A stretch of 64,000 nucleotides of DNA from Candidatus Latescibacterota bacterium (GCA_965248755.1 OZ252149.1:928001-992000), one strand, 5' to 3'; counted from the first letter of the stretch, positions 1-11,933 are shown. Notes: generated from the letters alone by a model not told the origin. Numbers and translations: made by a program.

Positions 1-979
1 TTTGATCCTCAATATTCAGTCCTTCAGTATCACTTCTTAGAAGAGCTACGAAGTCCCTTGCCCCTGCAAGGCATTCGAAATGACCCGGAAGAGCCAGAAA
101 TATCACCGACCTTTTCGGCTTTGTCTTTGCCAGCAACCGTGCCAACTCTAATAGACCCGCAATCCCAGATGCCTGATCTGCTCCCGGCGCAAGGGCAGGG
201 ACCGCGGAGATCGAATCGTAGTATCCCTCGATCACTACGGCTCTTTTTCTCAACTCTGGATCGTTCCCTTCAATTATCCCCATAACCATCGTCCCCGATT
301 TCAACTCCCAATCCATGCGTCCTTCGAGCTGTACTATTTCTCCTCTTTCGGCTAAGATCAGCAAATACTCCCTATCTTGACTTGAAGCGTAGAACCTGGG
401 CAGATCGGCTGGAGTCGTCAAAAACTTATCCTCAGCCTGCTTTCTGTAAGTGTCCAGAGGAGAAAGGAAGACCACAGCTTTTGCCCCTAACATAAATGCG
501 TTCAGCCAGTCCATCCCAGAGTTGAAATCCAGGAGCACAACGCTCCCCTTCATCTCCTGTCCGTTCAACTCCCGGAGCTCGCCTTTCCCTCCGTATATGA
601 TCTTTCCCTCCACGCTGCAAGTAGAAGTCCTCGCCACATTGGGCCATACGGAATATATATCTATTACTCTACCGTCGGACAAACTCTTTATCGTCCCTCC
701 CCTATCAACAGGCACAGGGATCTCGAACGATCTGTGGACGACATCGTCCAGACCTGATTCCTTGAAGCTGTCGTAGATATACATTCCCGCCCTTTCGCTT
801 CCCTCGTAGCCAGTGACCCTCGACCCTAATCGCGCCATGTCCCCTATGGTCTCTTTCAACCTATCTTTCTCGACAGAGTACGAGAGTTCCCAATACTGGT
901 CTTGCCCAGCCACGGATAAAGTGGCAGTCATCAACAGCATCAAAAATAGAATTGTGAAGGTATTACGTGTGTTTTTCAT
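1..979 (-). CDS. Secreted M28 peptidase-like (PA + M28 fold) protein, runs off window start
   Basis: Hand-translated open frame from ATG 979 (MKNTRNTFTILFLMLLMTATLSVAG signal peptide) with SRVTGYEG, GYYDS..APGADQASG.A.LLELAR, PKRSVIFLALPGH; no stop before position 1, so absent from ORF track. Confidence 0.75.
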   Translation of the reverse strand, partial: MKNTRNTFTILFLMLLMTATLSVAGQDQYWELSYSVEKDRLKETIGDMARLGSRVTGYEGSERAGMYIYDSFKESGLDDVVHRSFEIPVPVDRGGTIKSLSDGRVIDIYSVWPNVARTSTCSVEGKIIYGGKGELRELNGQEMKGSVVLLDFNSGMDWLNAFMLGAKAVVFLSPLDTYRKQAEDKFLTTPADLPRFYASSQDREYLLILAERGEIVQLEGRMDWELKSGTMVMGIIEGNDPELRKRAVVIEGYYDSISAVPALAPGADQASGIAGLLELARLLAKTKPKRSVIFLALPGHFECLAGARDFVALLRSDTEGLNIEDQ

Positions 980-999
980 GGACTTCACACAATCGGGGA

Positions 1000-1262
1000 T
1001 TATCCCTTTGGAAGCTCGGCAATCTCCTTCTCCACCTGCCTTATCATATCCTCGATGTCAATCCCACCGTTCTCGCGGTAGCCATCATAAGCCAACTCCA
1101 CTTTGTCCTTATCTCTGGGTGGTTTTCCAGAATATAATCTTCAAGCTCGTCCTCGCTCAGACTCCTTAGGATCGCCTTTGGCTTCCCCCTGTACAGCTAT
1201 TACTATCTCCTCACCTTCGTTCGTCTGACGAAGGATCTCAGATATATTAGCCTTCAACTGCC
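1000..1262 (-). pseudogene. Phd/YefM-type antitoxin remnant
   Basis: QLKANISEILRQTNEGEEIVIAVQG/KPKAILRSLSEDELEDYILENHP.. needs two frameshifts; start lost. Confidence 0.6.
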
Positions 1263-1276
1263 CTTTCCTCTCCCTT

Positions 1277-1348
1277 GAGATTGCTTCGGGCTGAAACTCC
1301 TCGCAATGACCCTTCTCTCAGTCATTGCGAGCGAAGCGAAGCAATCTC
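1277..1348. repeat. GTCATTGCGAG..GAAGCAATCTC palindromic repeat doublet
   Basis: gagattgcttcg..ctcgcaatgac / gtcattgcgagcgaagcgaagcaatctc inverted pair; family recurs across window. Confidence 0.85.
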
Positions 1349-1355
1349 ATAGTTA

Positions 1356-1480
1356 GTAGGGACAGACCCACGTGTCTGCCCTAACGTCTGTGCGCTCACA
1401 TAAATAATATACACAAAATACATCTGTCTGCAACAAATCTAAGAGACCGCTGTGTAAGGGCGAGGTTACCTCGCCCTTAC
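1356..1480. repeat. GTAG-type REP-like palindromes
   Basis: gtagggacagacccacgtgtctgccc (1356) and perfect 12-bp stem gtaagggcgagg-tta-cctcgcccttac (1454-1480). Confidence 0.75.
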
Positions 1481-1502
1481 ATTAATTTACAGGGGAGGGT
1501 CG

Positions 1503-1791
1503 TCACATAGAATATCCTTCGCCAATCTTTCCCGCGAAAGTGCCCACACAAGCCCAGGACAATTTCATCATCAGCCCACTGAGGATGACACCTCTAAAAA
1601 GGGCTTTGTTCTTCTAAACATTACCTCTCCGCCATATTGGACGATAATCCACTTAATTAGCAACCCGACTAACGTCTAACCCCATATTCTCTGGCTGTAG
1701 CCGGCAGCAAAGATGTAACCGATAGTATAAAATGGGCACCTTGAGGAAGGATTACCTCACAATCATAAAGAAACACACAAAAGAAAAAGCC
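1503..1791 (-). pseudogene. Degenerate duplicate of the 3' end of the DUF6785/DUF6784-like gene
   Basis: Aligns with 3133-3421, including identical gccaatctttcccgcgaaagtgcccacacaagccca; contains stop and indels. Confidence 0.85.
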
Positions 1792-1809
1792 CGCCGTCTG
1801 TGGCGGGCT
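1781..1809 (-). terminator. Probable intrinsic terminator
   Basis: agcccgcc-6nt-ggcgggct stem followed by U-tract on minus strand. Confidence 0.55.
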
Positions 1810-1974
1810 CTGATGCATCAGGGGCCCAAACGGGCCTCTGTCTGCAAATCTCTCCCCGGGGCAAAGTACTGAAAGTATCCGGAGGGTGTGATTGAGTAGA
1901 AGTATAGCACTCAGGCCTTCTTCTACTGGGAGCAGGAACTACATGTCGTGCTCTTTTCTCCAACGCTCCATCGT

Positions 1975-2451
1975 CTATGGCATCTCCTCCCCCACCGCCC
2001 TCATAAAGAAAAAGGAAGTCGAACTTCCCAGATGTGAAAAGCGTTTGCTCAGGGTCTTTACGAGCTCTCCCTCACCGTTTGCGCTGATTTCCTTAAGAAA
2101 TACCCCGAACGATCCGTGCTCTTTCTGTATGGTCAACAGTTTTCTGGCATTTTCGATAGCGGCCCTGATCTTTCGACCGTTCCGAACGATGCCCTTGTCG
2201 CTCATCAGCCTGTCAAAGTCTGGCTCATCAAACGCAGCGACCTTGGCGATCGAAAAATCGGCGAAGGCCCTCCGAAAGTCAGGCCACTTTTTCTCAATCA
2301 CCTTCCAGTTGAAGCCGGCTCGAAAGACGGCCCTGGTCATCTCTGCAAAATAGCGGTCGTCATTTTCGGGCCTCGTGCCGAGCACGCAATACTTCATTTC
2401 AGATAGTGCGGACGAAGCTGTCGCGCCTGTTCCACGATCTTGCATATCCAT
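1975..2451 (-). CDS. DNA-3-methyladenine glycosylase I family protein
   Basis: AVFRAGFNWKVIEKKW..F..F, GIVRN.RKI.AAI.NA motifs. Confidence 0.85.
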   Translation of the reverse strand: MDMQDRGTGATASSALSEMKYCVLGTRPENDDRYFAEMTRAVFRAGFNWKVIEKKWPDFRRAFADFSIAKVAAFDEPDFDRLMSDKGIVRNGRKIRAAIENARKLLTIQKEHGSFGVFLKEISANGEGELVKTLSKRFSHLGSSTSFFFMRAVGEEMP

Positions 2452-2456
2452 GCTCC

Positions 2457-2822
2457 TTAGTCATGGTTCTCCGGCTGCCAGAGGGCGAAGGCAGCACCGG
2501 TTGGGTCTATCATAACGCTGAAGCGCCCGTAATCCGTAATCTCCGTCACCTCGTGAACGATCGTACCTCCTAATGACTTTGCCTTCTCGGTTGAGGCGGC
2601 AATATCGTCAACCTGAACGTAGGCCAGCCAATGCGACGGAACGCCCGGAACTGGATTCTTCATCATCCCGCCGCCTGTACCTTCCCCCACCTCGATCATT
2701 GTGTATGTGGTCTCGTCCATCGGGATGTCTTGAAGCTTCCAGTCGAACAGGCCGGCGTAGAACTCCTTCGCAGCGGCCACATCTTCCGTGAGAAGTTCAA
2801 TGTGCACGAATGGATTAGCCAT
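2457..2822 (-). CDS. VOC/glyoxalase family protein
   Basis: FVHIEL..A..FY..LFDW, WLAYVQVDD, DPTGAAFALWQ. Confidence 0.9.
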   Translation of the reverse strand: MANPFVHIELLTEDVAAAKEFYAGLFDWKLQDIPMDETTYTMIEVGEGTGGGMMKNPVPGVPSHWLAYVQVDDIAASTEKAKSLGGTIVHEVTEITDYGRFSVMIDPTGAAFALWQPENHD

Positions 2823-2979
2823 ATACTCCCTCCTTCCTTAAAGATGCTTTGCATCTTGATTTCTGGGACCAGATTATTGGGTCCCACTATAGATAATCGT
2901 CCTCTTTTTGACGAGTCTCAGCTTCAGTCCGGTTCTGTGTTGTCTACAATACGAAACCAGAAAGCCGCTACTGTACGTA

Positions 2980-3008
2980 ATATTAAGAAAGTCTCGGCCC
3001 TGTGTCAA
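2980..3008 (-). promoter_or_regulatory. sigma70-type promoter for VOC-tag unit
   Basis: TTGACA-17nt-TAATAT. Confidence 0.6.
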
Positions 3009-3132
3009 TATCTTTTCGATAGCTCTCTATGCATTTCAGGCTGGAAACTCCTGCAACGAATTTCGGTAATCGGCTCAGGCGGGACCTCATCGGCAGATAG
3101 GGTGAAGTGACCCCGGAGTGGAAATCACATTT

Positions 3133-5049
3133 TCACATGCCGTAAGCTTGGCCAATCTTTCCCGCGAAAGTGCCCACACAAGCCCACACCAGTTTCATAG
3201 TCAACTCACCCAAGATGAGACCCAGGAAGAATGGCTTGGCCCTTCTGAAGATCACCGCTCCTCCGTATTTGACGATAATCCATTTCAGGAACCATCCCAC
3301 TAATATCGAGCCCCATATTGCCTTGCCGAATCCCACCGCGAAGATGTATCCAATAGGATGAAATGGCCACCTTAGGAAGAATTTCCTCATAATCGTTAAA
3401 AACCACACGAAAGAGAAGCCCACAAAATGGAAGAATATCCTCAGCCAGTCCGTAGGGGATTCAAGATCTCCCGCGGACTGATAGGAATAGGGGTAGTACC
3501 TCCCTATTCTGGCCTCGGAGAGAGCGCCGCCTTCGTTATCCAATACAAACATCCCGTATTCGTAGATCGTGTTCAAAGAGAAATAATAGCCCACAAACAG
3601 ACCGACAAGGAGACTCATAACCAGAGCGATGGTCATCTTTCCCGTCTTTATCCCGACCTCCTCTCCTATCTTCCACCCTTCAAGCTGCATTGCAAGGAAC
3701 GTCCCGAGACAGCCGTAAGTCAGGATGTTCAGGTGAGCGAAGACTACATAATCGGATTCGCCATAGACTCCGGGTCCCGTCCCACCGACTATGTAAAAGA
3801 GATGCGACACCATGGGCAGACCCAAAAATAGAGGGATCCCCCCATCTATCCTGAGCCGGGCGATCCCTATCGAAAAGATGAAGAATAGGGCAAAATAGAT
3901 CAGTCCCAGATGAAATTTCAATCCTGCGGCATAAGACCAGAAGGAACAGAATAGGAGGGAGGCGGCCAGACCCAAAAAGGCCCAACGTGGAGGGTCTTCT
4001 GCAAGGTGCGTTGGTCTTCCCAGCCCTCTGAATACCCCCAAAAGATGAGACCTTGCAGCCCACAGGCTCAGCACGACCAGACATATTATCCCACCCCTTG
4101 CCTAGGAAAAGAGGAACGGAAAATGTGGCGGCCACTCCAGACCGAAGGCCTTGCACACACCCCTGTTTTCGGTAAATCCAAGAAACTCGGTGGCCAGAAG
4201 CTGAACCCTGGTCATAAGAAAGAAAAACCAGATACTGAATGAGATCTCAAGCGACAGCAGATACGCGATTCCGACTATCATCGGAGAAAAGTCGAAGACG
4301 AATCTCGCCTCAAACGCCGCCATCGCCTTCCAGGGTGCTTCTAACAGAATCTCCCCCATGTCCAGCGAGGTACTTATCTCTCCGATTTGCGGAAAGTAGT
4401 GATGAAGACCATTTATCGTGAATATGATAACTGGAACGGCCATCCCCTCTAACATCGCCCTGGGAAGCTCCAACATCGGAAAGCTCAGCCCTTCGTTCTC
4501 GGACCACTGCCGCCTCAGGATGATCCCTATGCACAACATACCTGCAAAGACTGCTGCAAACAGCAGTGACCACAGAAAAAGAGGAAAAATCCAGTGCTCC
4601 CATGGCACAGGGCCACCCTCAAAGAAATCCACTGCCGTATCGATTTTCACCTTACCCGGAACCATCCATTCTGGGATAAACTCTAAGAACCTGAAATACC
4701 TCCCCGTCTCGCGGTAGAAGGGCGAGCGCCCGAAGCTCGTTACCAGCCCCGGCAGGTATCTGTGAACCAGCCCCACAGAAGCTAAGGGCAGCTAGATGAC
4801 CAGCGCAGAATATATGAGAACCAACTCCGCCTTGCCGAGACAGAGTCTTTCGTTCAGCTTCCGCAGCAGCCCCCCTATCAGAAGCAGAAGAACAAGGACG
4901 CCTATTCCACCGGCGGGAGGAACGTGATCGGACAGCTTTGGCCCCGCGTAGATCAACTCGTTCCTTTGAGTCCACATTCCCACAAGGACTGTGAAGAATA
5001 TGAAGATTAAGATAGCCCTGATTGTAAATCCAGATTTATCGTTTGACAT
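3133..5049 (-). pseudogene. DUF6785/DUF6784-like polytopic membrane protein with two in-frame TAG stops
   Basis: ORFs 4792-5049, 4102-4776 and 3133-4074 share one frame; RRQW...E.LSFP and RWPFHPIGY motifs. Confidence 0.75.
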
Positions 5050-5199
5050 AGAGGTGGCGAAGATAAGGTGTTCTTGAGCGTGCTTCCCCGATTGAATCTA
5101 GCGGGGATCGCTCGCAATAACATTTGAAACACCAAAATTCTGTGAACATTAGAATATAGCTCTGCTATAACATCCTGTCTAAAGTTTTCCTTTGTACAC

Positions 5200-5227
5200 A
5201 AAAAACCCCGAACAGAGTGTCCGGGGT
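5200..5227 (-). terminator. Intrinsic terminator after TlpA gene
   Basis: accccggaca-ctc-tgttcggggt then TTTTT. Confidence 0.75.
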
Positions 5228-5252
5228 AATTATCTCTAAAGAGGGAATTCTA

Positions 5253-5951
5253 TCAGGATTTCTCATCTTTCGAAGTCTGTGCAAGCAGAGCCTCAACGCT
5301 CCTTTCAAAGACTTCTAAATCGTTCGGGACTCCCACAATCCTCAGATATATCTTTCCTTCCTTGTTTAAAATAAAGGTCGTCGGTATCACCCCCCTTACG
5401 GGAGCGTCGCTCAAATAAGGCTCTGTTTTGCCGGGAATGTACTGAGGTACCCCGGTCACAGTGAAGAAATCCGTTAGCACCAAGCCCTTATCATCCGCCA
5501 TAGTGACGGTGTAATTCATCTTATTATCCTTTACGAATTCCCTCACATTGTCCAGCCGATCGTTCACCGTCACAGCCACCATCTCGAATCCCTTATCCTT
5601 ATATTTTTTTTGAAGCCTTATAAAATGGGGAATTTCGAACCTGCACGGCCCACACCAGGTAGCCCAGAAGTCCACTATTACCACTTTGCCCTTGTAGTCC
5701 GACAGCTTTACGTCGTTTCCGTCTATGTCCTTCAGTGCAAAATCAGGCGCAGGCTTTAAATCAGAGGCTAAACTGTGGAGTCTGGCCTCTCCTATCTTGG
5801 AATCCTCTGTCTTTGATTCTTCAGTCTTGGAAACCTCAGTCGTGGAATCCTCCTGGGAAAGAACGCTATGCTCCTGAAGAAACAGGACATATAGAACCAG
5901 AACACCCAGAATAATCAGAACGAGCCGGCTGATAATCTTTGTTCTTTTCAC
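5253..5951 (-). CDS. TlpA/ResA-like thiol-disulfide oxidoreductase
   Basis: N-terminal TM, APDFAL, FWATWCGPC, IPTTFIL. Confidence 0.9.
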   Translation of the reverse strand: MKRTKIISRLVLIILGVLVLYVLFLQEHSVLSQEDSTTEVSKTEESKTEDSKIGEARLHSLASDLKPAPDFALKDIDGNDVKLSDYKGKVVIVDFWATWCGPCRFEIPHFIRLQKKYKDKGFEMVAVTVNDRLDNVREFVKDNKMNYTVTMADDKGLVLTDFFTVTGVPQYIPGKTEPYLSDAPVRGVIPTTFILNKEGKIYLRIVGVPNDLEVFERSVEALLAQTSKDEKS

Positions 5952-5999
5952 TGTTTTGATCTCCTATTGTTTTAGGCTTATCCTACATTCAGCCTAGGC

Positions 6000-6725
6000 T
6001 TATCCTACATTCAGCCATGGAAAGAGTTTTATTATATATATAGACAGGACGTTGAGATAGTTAAAGAATATCATGAAACCTACGAGTACTAAAAGGGTTC
6101 CGCTGGCTATCTCTATGGCCTTAAAGTACCTTTTTATCCTCGCAAAGACGCTCAGAAATCTATTAATGCCTATTCCCGTAAGGAAAAAGGGAATCCCCAG
6201 CCCTAAAGAATAGGCGCTCAAAAGCTTTATCCCCTCCCCCACCGTCTCCTCTATCATCGCCAGACCCAAAATCCCGGCAAGGATAGGTCCCACGCACGGC
6301 GTCCATCCGAAGGCGAAGGCCAGGCCTACTAAGAACGTCCCCAGGAGTCCCACAGGCTTATTTGAGGCATGAAATTTTTTCTCATAGTTCAGAAACCTTA
6401 TCTTGAAGACCCCTGCCATATGCAGCCCGAATATTACGATCACGACCCCCGCTATCTTGCTTAAGACGCTCATCTTCGACAGCAGAAGCTGACCCGCAAA
6501 CGTGGCTGTCGCCCCCAGGGCCACAAAGACAATTGAAAAACCTAAGATAAAGGCGAGCGAATTGAGCATAATCCTCCTCATTGTCTGGGAGTTCTCCTTG
6601 CTCAGCTCCTCCATCGAGAGTCCAGATATAAACGAGATGTAGGCGGGGATTAAAGGGAGCACACAGGGAGATACGAACGATATGATCCCGGCTCCGAATG
6701 CCGCCATGAGGGATATGCCGCCCAA
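6000..6725 (-). CDS. ccdA: Cytochrome c biogenesis protein CcdA
   Basis: SFVSPCVLPL and FGWTPCVGPIL. Confidence 0.92.
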   Translation of the reverse strand: MGGISLMAAFGAGIISFVSPCVLPLIPAYISFISGLSMEELSKENSQTMRRIMLNSLAFILGFSIVFVALGATATFAGQLLLSKMSVLSKIAGVVIVIFGLHMAGVFKIRFLNYEKKFHASNKPVGLLGTFLVGLAFAFGWTPCVGPILAGILGLAMIEETVGEGIKLLSAYSLGLGIPFFLTGIGINRFLSVFARIKRYFKAIEIASGTLLVLVGFMIFFNYLNVLSIYIIKLFPWLNVG

Positions 6726-6885
6726 TTTTGTACGTCTCCTTTAGATTGTATTTATTGCAGATCAGAACTCGTATATGAACAGTCTATCACACTCTATGTA
6801 TGACGATGCAGGAGCGCTTTAGTTCCAGAGCTTGCCCACTGAATTGTAATAGACAGAGAGGAGGCACCGCTCCCACCTGCTTAAC

Positions 6886-9438
6886 TTAATCTAATCCCAA
6901 CCCCAACTGCAAATCGTCTATATCATCCACTTTGCCATCTCCGTCCTCCTCGTCCAACTCGCCATTTCCGTCTGAATCCCCCTCACCCTCATCTTTGACT
7001 GCCACGCGTGCCACGTCTATAACCTTGTCCTCCGCGTCCAGCTTGATCAGCCTTACGCCCTGAGTGTTCCGGCCTATGACGCTTATTGCTCGGACAGGCT
7101 GTCTCATGATTATGCCCTTTTGAGATATGATTATCAATTCGTCCTCATCCACGACCTCTTTGACACTGATGACCTTTCCGTTCCTCTCATTCGCTTTGAT
7201 GGATATTATCCCTTTGCCGCCCCTGTGGGTGACTCTGTAGTCCGATATCTGGCTCCTCTTGCCGTAGCCGTTTTCACACACAGTCAGAATCGTCCCCTCT
7301 CTTCTGACGATCATCATTCCGACAACTTTGTCGTTCCCATCCCTTAGGCTTACGCCTCTTACCCCTTGAGATGTTCTGCCCATATCCCTCACCTCAGACT
7401 CGTCAAATCTGATCGCAAAACCGCCCTGAGTCACAAGGACGATCCCCTGAGTCCCATCCGTTATCGCGGCATCTATCAGAGAATCCCCATCCACGATATT
7501 TATCGCCCTGATTCCGGTCTTTATGGGACGTCCGTACGCCGAAAGGACAGTCTTTTTGACCAGTCCCCTCCTGGTAGCCATAACCAGATAGCGATCGTCG
7601 TCGAACTCCTTAACATGGACGAACGCCTCTATCTTTTCACCCGTTTCGACCTGAAGCAGATTCACAATCGGCCTACCCCTTGCTGCCCTTCCGCTTTCGG
7701 GAATCCCGTAAACTTTTAGCCAATAGCACTTCCCCCTGTCCGTGAAGAACAGCATATAGCTGTGAGTCGAGGCTATAAAGAGATGCTCTACGAAATCCTC
7801 CTCCTTCGTCGTCATACCCGTAATACCCCTTCCTCCGCGCCTTTGCCTCTTGTAGGTGCTGACGGGAAGTCTCTTTATGTATCCCGCATGCGATATGGTG
7901 ATGACCATATCCTCTTCGGCTATTAGGTCTTCGATGTCGAACTCCGCGCCGGAAGGGACGATCTCCGTTCTCCTTTCGTCCCCGTACTTTTTCTTGAGTT
8001 CGCTCAACTCCGACTTTATAATATCCATCCTCTGGGGTCTGCTATCTAATATCCCCCGAAGCTCCGAGATGTTCTTAATCACCTCCAGGTATTCGTCATC
8101 CACCTTCTTCCTTTCGAGGGCTGTGAGTCTCTGGAGCGTCAAATTCAAGATAGCCCGCGCCTGTGTCTCGGAAATGTTGGATGACGACTCGGTCTGAAAC
8201 GCATCCATGAGTTTGACTCTGGCATCGTCGGGGCTGTCGGAAGCTCTGATTATCCGTATCACCTGGTCTATGTTGTCCAGAGCTATTTTGAAGCCCTCCA
8301 ATAGATGCGCTCTGTTCTCGGCTTGAGTCAGGTCGTAGCGCGTCCTCTTACGGATGACCTCGTGCCTGTGATCCACAAAATGAGAAAGCATCCCCTTGAG
8401 GTTCAAGACTACGGGACGATTGTTCACAAGCGCCCTTTGGATGGCATTGAAGCTCGTCTGAAGCTCGGTGTGCTTATAAAGTTGATTCATCACCACGTTG
8501 GGGTAAGTGTCCCTCTTAAGCTCAATTACGATCCTCATCCCGTCTCTATCGGACTCGTCCCTCACATACGCCACGCCATCTATCCTCTTATCGCTTACGA
8601 GATTTCCTATCGACTCCAGAAGATGGGACTTATCCACCAAGAACGGAATCTCGGTTATGACTATGTTCTCCCGTCCGTTCTTCAAAGTCTCGATGCTGGC
8701 TCTTGCCCTTACCACAATCCGTCCCGTTCCCGTCCTGTAGACATCCCTTACACCGTTCATGCCGTATATTATGCCTCCCGTCGGAAAGTCAGGGGCTTTG
8801 ACGTACTCCATCAATTCGTCGTCTGAGATATCGGGGTTGTCAATTAGGGCCACTATGCCATCTACGACCTCTTTAAGGTTGTGAGGAGGAATCGCGCTGG
8901 TCATCGCTACGGCGATGCCCCAGGTTCCGTTGCATATCAGATTCGGAAAGGCCCCGGGCAGTACCTTCGGCTCCTGCCTGGTATCGTCGTAGTTTGGTAC
9001 AAAGTCCACCGTCTCTTTTTCTATGTCCTGAAGCATCTCCACTGCAAAGGCAGTCATCCGGGCTTCTGTGTATCTCATCGCCGCGGGACGGTCGGGGTAA
9101 TCTATAGAGCCGAAGTTGCCCTGACCGTCCACAAGCCGGTACCTCATTCTGAAATCCTGCGCCATCCTGACCAGCGTCGGATATATCCCCTGCTCGCCGT
9201 GTGGGTGGTAATTTCCCGATGTATCGCCCGCCACCTTGGCGCACTTTCTATACTGCCTCCCCGGTGTCAGATTCAGATCGTTCATCGCCACAAGGATGCG
9301 CCTTTGAGACGGCTTCAGACCGTCCCTGACATCCGGAAGGGCTCGATCTATAATGGTGCTCATCGCGTACGCCAGATACGATTTTTTCATCTCATCTTCA
9401 AAATTGACCTGAATAACTCTGGATCGCTGCGCCAACAT
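6886..9438 (-). CDS. gyrA: DNA gyrase subunit A
   Basis: RALPDVRDGLKP, YHPHG, AAMRYTE, GyrA-box QRRGGRG; start moved to MLAQRS because the ORF extension overlaps REPs. Confidence 0.98.
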   Translation of the reverse strand: MLAQRSRVIQVNFEDEMKKSYLAYAMSTIIDRALPDVRDGLKPSQRRILVAMNDLNLTPGRQYRKCAKVAGDTSGNYHPHGEQGIYPTLVRMAQDFRMRYRLVDGQGNFGSIDYPDRPAAMRYTEARMTAFAVEMLQDIEKETVDFVPNYDDTRQEPKVLPGAFPNLICNGTWGIAVAMTSAIPPHNLKEVVDGIVALIDNPDISDDELMEYVKAPDFPTGGIIYGMNGVRDVYRTGTGRIVVRARASIETLKNGRENIVITEIPFLVDKSHLLESIGNLVSDKRIDGVAYVRDESDRDGMRIVIELKRDTYPNVVMNQLYKHTELQTSFNAIQRALVNNRPVVLNLKGMLSHFVDHRHEVIRKRTRYDLTQAENRAHLLEGFKIALDNIDQVIRIIRASDSPDDARVKLMDAFQTESSSNISETQARAILNLTLQRLTALERKKVDDEYLEVIKNISELRGILDSRPQRMDIIKSELSELKKKYGDERRTEIVPSGAEFDIEDLIAEEDMVITISHAGYIKRLPVSTYKRQRRGGRGITGMTTKEEDFVEHLFIASTHSYMLFFTDRGKCYWLKVYGIPESGRAARGRPIVNLLQVETGEKIEAFVHVKEFDDDRYLVMATRRGLVKKTVLSAYGRPIKTGIRAINIVDGDSLIDAAITDGTQGIVLVTQGGFAIRFDESEVRDMGRTSQGVRGVSLRDGNDKVVGMMIVRREGTILTVCENGYGKRSQISDYRVTHRGGKGIISIKANERNGKVISVKEVVDEDELIIISQKGIIMRQPVRAISVIGRNTQGVRLIKLDAEDKVIDVARVAVKDEGEGDSDGNGELDEEDGDGKVDDIDDLQLGLGLD

Positions 9439-9458
9439 CTCTTTCCCTCTCTTTATTT

Positions 9459-9572
9459 GTAGGGGCGAACCCGTATGCTCACCCCATTTATCCATATCTT
9501 CAGGGCAGACACGTGGGTCTGCCCCTACAGTTAGACTGATTTATCAGTGTAGGGGCGAACCCGTGTGTTCGC
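9459..9572. repeat. Cluster of three GTAG-type REPs in alternating orientation
   Basis: gtaggggcgaacccg.. (9459), ..gggtctgcccctac (ends 9528), gtaggggcgaacccgtgtgttcgc (9549). Confidence 0.85.
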
Positions 9573-9606
9573 TCTAGAGCATCCTCCAATCCCTGTCTAC
9601 TGCTCT

Positions 9607-11595
<1,989 letters not shown>

Positions 11596-11603
11596 CTATC
11601 TAC

Positions 11604-11933
11604 TCATTTTTCGTCCTCGTTCACAAAGAAAATATCTTCGACTACGTTTCTGCCCACATTCTCGTTTAATTTAGCTATCAAATCGGGCTTAAAGAGCGTT
11701 AATTGCTGCTTCCAGGGGGCTGTCTTTACAGCCACAAATAGTGTTCCTCCCCTCATGCTGAGCACAGATGTCATCTGGGAAATTCTCTCTCCCACAGAGT
11801 CGTCCCAGAGGACTTTGGCCCTTGCTTGATAGAACTTTTTCGTCAGCCCCAGCTCATCTAACACCCTCTGGACTATTCCTCCTATATCCTTCGGATAGCT
11901 CGACTTCCGATCAGGCTCTCTACGGATATTCAT
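11604..11933 (-). CDS. dciA: DciA/DUF721 helicase-loader family protein
   Basis: W...VG..I, GTLFVAV..APW.QQL; canonical position between recF and gyrB. Confidence 0.85.
   Translation of the reverse strand: MNIRREPDRKSSYPKDIGGIVQRVLDELGLTKKFYQARAKVLWDDSVGERISQMTSVLSMRGGTLFVAVKTAPWKQQLTLFKPDLIAKLNENVGRNVVEDIFFVNEDEK

Noticed and set aside
3133..5049. Genome-wide TAG reassignment
   Set aside because: recF, tatC, purE and the NUDIX gene end at TAG at expected lengths.
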